Position numbers and translations under genes: made by a program. From the human T2T-CHM13v2.0 reference genome, Homo sapiens: a stretch of 64,000 nt of DNA. The stretch lies in assembly GCF_009914755.1 (NCBI RefSeq), contig NC_060938.1; one strand, 5' to 3'. The notes under the pieces were generated by a model. That model did not search any database, was not told where the DNA came from, and was given only the letters and a program-made list of their open reading frames with translations. Shown here piece after piece: positions 55,828 to 64,000 of the stretch. Position 1 is the stretch's first letter; each line of letters begins with the position of its first letter.

Positions 55828-56887
55828 CGCTAGCTGCTGAACCCTGGTCCTCCTGCCCCGCTCCACGTTGCACCAGGGTCGCTGTGCGCCGAGTGGCGGG
55901 CAGCGCCCGGGCACCAGGGTGGGAGTGGAGACTTCTGGGAGGGGCACAGGGTGGACTCGCCCCATCGGCTGAGTTGAATGGACTGAGGTGGCAGATGGGT
56001 TAGGAAGTCAGGAGGCTTCTTGGGACACAGGGATGCCAGTGTCGGAGAGCCAGGGGCAGCTGCGCGGCGTTGCCTGCGGAGCCCTGCACACAGGGAGTGA
56101 TTGGGGGCGGGGCGGGGCGGGGGTGGGGAGAAGGCGCACCCCCTCTGCAGGCCTTGGGGCTGGGAGGCCGAGGAGAGGTGGCCCGTGGGAGTCAGCGCTT
56201 GGGCAGCTGCCTGACTGACCGACCACAGGTGAGAAAACGCCCCGGCGCTAAGCGTAGGCCGAGTTCGCACCTCCACCCACCCGTGTGGCCTCTGCATCTA
56301 CTTCCTCCCCTGACAGCCTTCAACAGTCAGGGCCCTGACCCCTCACGCTATCAGAGCCCCAGGAGGGGGTTCAGTGGGGAGGGTGAGCTTGCGCTGACCA
56401 GACACGCCAGATGGCCAATGGGCAGCTCCTTCCAAGGACCCGGGCACCCCACCCAGGCACACCTTCCCCACAGGGCTGCTGCACCTGCTCCGCCCAGCTG
56501 GGGTTCAACAGGAGGTCATGGTCCCGCTCATGTTCAAAGTGCAGGGCTCCGAGCCCCCAGCCAGCCCAGAGGAGGCCTCCCCTGTTTCCCAGGACGCTCT
56601 GCGGTGATGCCAAGGTCCCGGGCCACCTCCTCAGGCGCTCCATTGCTCTTCTCAGCCAGCGTGGGTGTGGATGTCACAACCACGTGGCACTGCCACCAAA
56701 TCACACATGTGCCCATGCCGTCCTCACCCACCCTCAGTGATCAGCAGGTTCCTGGGCACACGGCTGGCTCCTGTGCAGCACCCGCAGGCTCGGGTCCTCG
56801 CCCAAACACAACCCAGGCACTACCGACCGTGCTCGGCAGGACCGGCCTTCACGCATTGTTCGCTCACCCAAGGTTTATTAAGGGTGG

Positions 56888-57235
56888 ACACACATGCACA
56901 CGTGCATGCACACTCACAGCCATGCACCCACGCACATGCATTCACACTCACGCACATGCATTCACACCCACGCACATGCACTCACACTCGCACCCACGCA
57001 CATGCACTCACACCCAGACACCCACGCACCCATGCACACACACACCCACACACACCTATACACATGCGCTCACACACACCCATACTCACAATTCAAGCAT
57101 ACTTATACATGTACTAACACTCCCACACACCCATGCACATGTACTCACACTAACACACGCACGCTCACACATGTACTGTCATACACACACGTACTCACAC
57201 TCATGCACACACACACCCCTCACCCACAGGCACAC
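56888..57235. repeat. CA-rich degenerate microsatellite / low-complexity tract
   Basis: cacacatgcacac... over ~350 bp. Confidence 0.9.
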
Positions 57236-60200
57236 CAAGAGCCCTGGGGGAGAAGAGTCTGAGAGGTTTCAGGCCCTGTTGCAGGATGTGTCTGCAGCCC
57301 CATTCTCTGTCTTCCCCACTCTCTGGTCCAGCCCTTGAGAGCAAGGACATTCCCTTCCTCTCTGTGCCAAGACACCCTCCCCAGTTCAGGCCCCAGGATG
57401 AGCAAATCACACTCCTTCCCCAGCAAACACTTTGGTCACCCTGGCCTGGTTACTGAAGCCTCTTCAGGAATCAAAGTGGCTCTGTGCTCCTGGACAGAGA
57501 ACCTGACTGCAGGCTGATGGCCTGGGCTCACATCCTGTCCTCACCTGTCTGTTACTAACTGTAAGATCTTGGGCAAAACCCATCTAACATTTCTGAGCTT
57601 CAATTTCATTCCAAATACATAGAGGAAAACACACCTCTGTCGCCTCTTCTACTCTGACCTAATTGCACTTTATTTCAACTGCCACCTCCTCCTGGAAGCT
57701 CTCCTTGATCTCCCAGGCAGAGTCAATGCCTCCCTCTCTGGCCACATCATCCCCTATCACCTCCTGTTTCTGTCTCTGCCTGCTTGCCATGACCCCCTGA
57801 AGGCAGAGGCTGACGAGACCCCAATGCCCCTCACCAAAGCCACCCAGAGCCAGGCTGCAAAGCCCCCATCACTGACCATAGAAGGCACCGGAGGAAACCA
57901 GAAGGAGAGGGGGGACGGCCAGGCTGCGTGGGGGAGCCTCTGTCTCCCAAGCTGCATCTCCCGGCAACATGGAGGACGCTGATCTTCCACGTGTTTCGCT
58001 CTCTCCTCCCGCCCTGGCATTTGCCTGAAGATCAAACTTTGGGCTCGGCAGTGACCCCAGGACTCCATGGTTCTCTCTTCCTTCCAAGGCTCCAGGAAGC
58101 ATCTTCTTACTCCAAGAAGTTTGGATCCTGCAGGGGAGATTCCTGGGGACTCTGTGAAGGGGACTCCCCCTCCCCACCGCAGTTCTCCCTCCCAGTCAGC
58201 CCTGTTCCCTGCCTCCAGTTCCCTGGGGGAGAAGAGAGGGTTTGGAAGAAGGTCTGGGAAGAGGCTGGGTGGCCTGAGACAAGGCCAGCCCCTGGCTCTG
58301 TCCAGCCGGTGTCCCCAGCCCTCCCCGCCCCCTGACGTGCACCTGGCCCTTGGCTCCTGACCTCTTCTTCCGGGGTCTTATGCAGTGCTGGTGCCCCTCC
58401 AAGCTCCTGCCTGCTGCATCTCCGACCCAGGCCCTGTCCCTGTGGACGGTGCTGGATGCCGGCCTCTGTGAGTCGTGTCCTAGCCTGATCCAGCCCCTAC
58501 TGACCCCAGGCCGGACATACCCAGTGCTCTGCCTGGCTGCCCTAGCCCAAAAAAGAACGTCTGGACACGTTCCTCCCTACCAAGCTGACGATGCGTCATC
58601 TGGAAAATCGTCTTGGCAAAGGCTGGTCTCCAGCCCTGTAGGAGTGAAGAGCAGAGACCACAGATCGGGACAGTGAGGTTTGAGCTTGGCCTCCCTGTGA
58701 CGTCACCGCGGAACATGGGATTCTGTGTCCTCATCTGCGGAATGGGGACATTACCCAACCCAGGGCAGGTGCAGAAGCCCAAAGGACATATGTGCCCAGC
58801 CCCTCCCTCCCAATGACCCAGCGGCCCTGCCTGGGGAGACACTGGCTATGAATGGGGGTCCCAATTTGTTCACCTCCACTGTACCCCACACCCATCCCAG
58901 GACTAACACATTTCCAGATATTGTGACTAAGGACACAGGCTTGGCCAGACCTTAATTTGAGTACAGCTCCCTATGAATTTGCTGTGTGACCCAAGACAAG
59001 TTACTTAACCTCTCTGGGCCTCAGTGCTATCATCTGTAAAATGGGGATAATAATGGGGATTAAATGAAATAATGTGCATAAAATGCTTGGCACAGAGACT
59101 AAATGTTAGCTGATTACTATTGTTGGTATTATGATTATAAGTTATCTGTCTGGAAGACTGGGGGGCCAGGCTGCCCAGGCTCTATTTGTCTGAGGGACAG
59201 GGAAGCCTCCTGGGAAGGAACTTACTCTAAGGAAACACCAAGGCACAGAGTCCTTTGCCCAGGGAGGCAGGCCCTGGACACGTGAGTCTGGGCACAGGAC
59301 AGTGGGTGCCTCTCACCCTTACTCCAGGGACTCATGGCTGCACCCAAGAGGGACCAAGCCGGGCCAAGGGATCAAGCGCGGCCAAGCCTTCCCCACACCT
59401 CTGTGGGAGACTGGGGGCAACAGTGGACCTCTGGGGTCCAGAGACGTTGGGAACCCCGGCTCTGGCAACCATGGGAGGCAGGCAGGGTCCAAGGGGCCTC
59501 TGGTGGGGGCCAGGGCCAAAGCGGAGACTGGCGGCATCCGAAATCTCTTGGACCCCGCTTGGGGGAGTCTTCGCTTTCTGCCACAGGAGGCGACACTGAA
59601 ACACAGAAATACTGCCTTGTGGCCAGAGTCATCATGCTGTTTGTACCCCCTGATTTTGTGAAATGAGAAACATGTTTGGGTTTCCCTTATCGAAAAAAAG
59701 GTTAATTGGGAAATTCGATGATGTCTTTTGTGAAGACACTCTAGCCACCTTTCAGCTGTCTGTGGCACTATCATGCCTTTTTTTCCAGTATAGGCTTGCA
59801 AGGGAGGATGCCTGTTTACTCAACAAATATATTTTTTATTTTGATTTTTAATCGACAATAATCCCATCTATTTATGGAGTACAAATGTGATATTCTGATA
59901 TGTGTAGACATCGTGAAACTATTTCACTCAACAAATAGGCACCTTCCATGCACCAGCCCCTGGTGATTCTGTGTTGGACGAGGCAGACCCAGCCTGCCCA
60001 CTGGAGCTGGTCGGGGAGCAGCCACCCAGGGCTAAGGGAGCGCAGCCTCAGAGCTGTGCAGGCTCCGGTTCAGACCCCAGCTCGCCACTCACTGTGCAGG
60101 GCCTCTGCTCACCCATCTTGCTGGAGTCACAGCAAGCCTGACTCAGCATGGTTCCAGGAACGATGGAAAGAGAAACCTTTTGAAAAATGAAATTTAAAAA

Positions 60201-60862
60201 ACAGTAAAACTAAACATCATACCTTTTCAAATACGTACATATGAAAAACTATATAGTTGTCTTTTTAGTTTAAATGCAGGATTCAGGAGTGTGGTCACCT
60301 GGGGGAGGGAGAGCACAGGCCCTCAGTAGAAGCAAGTTATGGACGATGCTCTGATTCTCGTGTTGGTGGCGGGCTCACATGATTTATTATACACACACGC
60401 ACATAAAATTAACACACTGGACCAGTTGTGAGCGAGCGGCATAAACCAGGAGCTGGAGTGATCAGATCCTGGGTTCCTGAGGTCCTCCTAAGAATTAAAA
60501 ACCAAAATGGAATGGTGTGGACAGGGAGCGTGGCTCATAGGAGGCATGTCATGCCTCCTCCCTGTCTCCCGTCCTGGAATATGGCATTTCCTCACTTTGG
60601 AAAAGCAGATTTGGGCCATCCCAACAAATTTTAAAAGAAACAAAAGGCGTGTTTCCCTCCTGAGAAATCAGGGTTCCAGGAGCCCATCCGTCACCACGCA
60701 GGCATGCGACAAACTTCGTGGATGGGCCCATGTCAGGTCCACCCTGTGACACCACTGCCTGGAGTGAGGCCACCTGTGCCCAACACACTGGGCTTGTGGT
60801 GCTGGCCACAGGGAACTGCTGCAGCTGCAGGAGGTGTCGGAGCACCTCTCACCATAGCTACC

Positions 60863-61299
60863 GTGTTAGGGTTCTTCAGAGAAACAGGACCAGTAGGATA
60901 TGGAGATATATAGCACATATATTAATATATAAAGGAAATAGCTGTCACAGTTTTGGAGATGGATGAGTCCGCAGGCTGGAAACCCAGGAAGAGCTGATGC
61001 TTCCATTCAAATCTGAAGGCAGCAGAAAGCCAATGTCCCAGCTCAATGGCCACCAGGCAGGGAGAATTCTCTCTTACCTGGGGGAGGGTCTCCAATAGCA
61101 TTTTGTTCTATTTAGACCCTCAACGGATTGGAGGAGGCCCACCTGCATTGGGCAGGACCAACTGTTTTACTCAATCCACCAACTCAAGCATTAATCTCGT
61201 CCGGAAATACCCTTGCCCACACAGCCAGGGTAATGTCTGACCACATATCTGGGTGCCCCATGGCCCAGTCAAGTTAACACAGTAAAATCAACCAGCACA
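60863..61299 (-). mobile_element. MLT2-family (ERVL) LTR
   Basis: ttagggttcttcagagaaacaggaccagtaggata...ggcccagtcaagttaacacagtaaaatcaaccagcaca. Confidence 0.75.
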
Positions 61300-63965
61300 G
61301 CCACCAGGGGCCCAAGTGAGAGCCCAGCATCCACGCGCCTGCTTACCTGGCACAGGAGACTGGCTTTTGCTGGCCTGCACTTTGGCGTCATGGCCCAGCC
61401 CACGTCAAGGGCAGCATAAGACGCTGCTGGGAAGGTTCCTGGTGTCGTTGCTAGACTGAGGATGCTGGCAATGCCATCACCCCACCTCCTCTGTGAGTTG
61501 CCAGATTTAGCAAATAAAAATAAAAGAACTCCCAGTTACATTTGAATTCAGGTAAATGATGAGCAAGGCTCGAGTGGATATCCCATGCCATCGTTGCATG
61601 CATTCCGTGCGTCTACCCCACTCACCACTTCATCCTGTTTTCCTACCATTCTGTTTCCTTCCGATTCCCTTGCTTCCTTCAGATTCAGAGGGATGGACAG
61701 AGACTAGGAATGGGGCCAGCCTGTCTGCCCTGCCTTACTGTCTGCATGAGTCTCCCTCCAGTGGTCCTACTGTGTGTGCCGGGCCCCTGGGCAGCCTCCC
61801 ACCTTTGGCAGAGCCCTCTTTCTCCTCTCTGTCCCCTCTCCTCTCTCCTCTGCCTGGACCAAAGTGCCTTGTTCCCTTGGTGCTCAGCTTTTGAATGAGC
61901 CCACGTTGCTGGAGCATGATCTATCCATGCCCATCGCATGATGCTTGTGGCCCTGGTTTTCCATCAGGTGACCTGAGCCACTATGGGTTACCCCTTCCAT
62001 GGCATCTGTGTGGCCTCCAAGGTTCCTGAAGAGCAGACATCTTGGGCCATGGGCCTGAAGAGCCTTCAGGGGATGCGCTGGTTTTGTGGCCACCAAGTGG
62101 GCAAGAGGCTTCTGTTTAGGGGGACTACAAACCTTGAACCCCAGCAGACCTGCTTGATGGCCTGTGATAGACGGTCATAAGGGGCAGGTGTCCTGGACTG
62201 AGAGGCAGGACCTCGTCTGCTACATCAGGTTATTGTGTGACCTGAGCGATCTGCTTCACTATCCCATAGTATATCCCATAAATAATCAGGCTGCAAATAA
62301 TCATTTTCAGGCTGGTTTCCTCATCGCCAGGGCCCTGCTTGTCGATCTAAAGTTTGGTCCTCCACCCAAAACCCAGTGATTCTGCTTATGGATAAAGTAG
62401 ATGATCTGGCCGGTGTCAAGATTAGCAGAATGGAGAGGCTCAGCTAATAGCCAGTCTTCCCCGGAATAAATATTCATCCATTTGCTCAACAAAAAGCAAA
62501 GATTTGCTCATTGATGGAGCCTAGAACAAAATCATCCACACACTTGAGATGCTCACAAAGGCTGACTTTCAGGGATGCCACTTGAGCGGGGATAATGTTG
62601 GAAGAGTGATTTGGTCTTCCAAGATTAGACATTGAGCAGCCCTCTCTGGCTAATGCCAAAAGGAGCCAGTGGAACTTGACTTTGGCTGGAGTTCGAGTGT
62701 TGCCATTTTATTTGTGCTGTGCTTCGAGGGGCCATCAGAGAATGAGGGCCAGAGCAAGAGAGAAGTGGGGATGGGACTGCCTAACCAGTCGCTGTTCCCT
62801 GACTGTACGGTACAGGACAGGGTGAACCTTGCTGGATGTGAGAGAATGGGCACATGCTCCACTGCTCCCCCTGCTGTGAGGTTCAACGTCATCTCAGTGC
62901 CAAGCTTTCCCCCAAATGACAGGTTGTGACCAAGTGATCCATAAGAGCAGTTTATAAGGTCTTCACACCCTTCACAATAGCAATAAAATTCATTCAAGCC
63001 CCAGGCTTCAAATCTAATACATCACCTAAGCCTGAAACTCAGTACATGGGGAAACTGAGGCTCAGAGAGGAAGGGAACATGACTTGCCAGGATTGATGGG
63101 GAGACAGAGCCCTGCTCTAGCCACTGAACCCACTGAAGAACTCCATGTGGCCCCATCACGGGACCCCGGCCCCATAAAACCACCAAGACGCCAGCTTCAG
63201 CTTCAACAGAGTGCGAAATGGAGCGGCCAGTGCAGGGAGGAGGGAAAAAGCAGCAGCAGAGTCTGCACAGCCGGCAAGGCTGCATGTTCCCCGCTTTGGG
63301 CCACAGGGAAGGCTTTACCTCTGCAGGATGGTGACTCTGCACACCAGTAACTATTAATTGTATGGCTGTGGAAAACCAGACATCAGTTTCAAAGGGACTC
63401 CCCCTCCAGTTTCGAGACAAGGACAGTTGGATGATGGAAAGATTCTATGCTGAGACCAAACATATATCAAGCCGGTTTTGGCAGCGTCTGGAATCCAGGC
63501 TGCACTTGGGGCCAGCTCACCCCCTCCGCCAAGCTCTAACATGTTGCCAGCCTCTCCCCGGGTCCTTGTGCTTGATGAAGGGACAGCCTGAGTAGACAGA
63601 GGAGATGAATTCCAGGAATTTGATCTTTCAACACCCAAGGCACTGGAGCCTGGGGGCGAGAAATTCTTTCCTGTGTCTTTAAGCAGCTTCCATGCTTCTC
63701 AGCACCAAGCAGGACAGCCCTAGATCTTCCGATCTCTTCTCACTCACTCATCTACCAACTAAAAGGCAGGGAGCACCTACTGTGTGCCAGGCCACTGCAG
63801 CCCAGAACCCTCCTGTGCTGGGGCCCCAGCACCCCCCTTCTCAGGGCACACGCTGCCCCATCTTGCACCTGCCTCTGTCATGTCTCATTCTCCCCCCAGA
63901 CCATGAATGTTCATGGGCAGAGACATAATAGGGTCCTTGGAGATGATCAGGTTAAGATGAGGTCA

Positions 63966-64000
63966 CCGGGCACGGTGGTTCACACCTGTAATCCCAGCAC
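63966..64000 (+). mobile_element. Alu 5' end, truncated by the window edge, following an MLT1-like fragment
   Basis: ccgggcacggtggttcacacctgtaatcccagcac. Confidence 0.85.

Noticed and set aside
56070-57338. 422-aa ORF, the longest in the window
   Set aside because: Non-ATG start; it runs through GC-rich DNA and a CA-rich microsatellite (H/T repeats) that lacks stops by composition.
61301-61314. CCACCAGGGGCCC as a CTCF site
   Set aside because: It lacks the critical GGC register of the core (one G short).

Overview
Human (primate) genomic DNA with Alu, L1, MaLR and MER repeats. It contains the 5' end of BCL11B (CTIP2) on the minus strand. Coding exon 1 is 6787..6730 (MSRRKQGNPQHLSQRELIT plus 1 nt) followed by a canonical C|GTAAGT donor. 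Positions 1-6729 are intron 1, the 5' leader carries an interrupted GGC/CGG repeat, and the likely TSS is near 7770, all within a large split CpG island (~5270-10700). The first ~17.4 kb has no recognisable Alu or L1. From 17.5 to 52 kb the upstream intergenic DNA is transposon-dense, including a young AluYa5 with a perfect 16-bp TSD, an L1PA 3' fragment and nested Alu-in-LTR and MER1-in-LTR insertions. A CpG-rich element at ~55.4-56.5 kb carries a consensus CTCF site and NF-kB sites. No other protein-coding gene is supported; the remaining ORF-track entries are GC-rich, repeat-derived or L1-derived. The most interesting leads are hypotheses: (i) a >1 kb ATG-free leader ending in a tight uORF/overlapping-uORF cassette beside the GGC repeat; (ii) an exon-1 read-through ORF with intronic poly(A) signals that could yield a NuRD-motif-only isoform; (iii) a chain of plus-strand splice signals suggesting a divergent lncRNA; (iv) the distal CTCF/NF-kB element. 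Repeat subfamily calls and boundaries are by eye and approximate.
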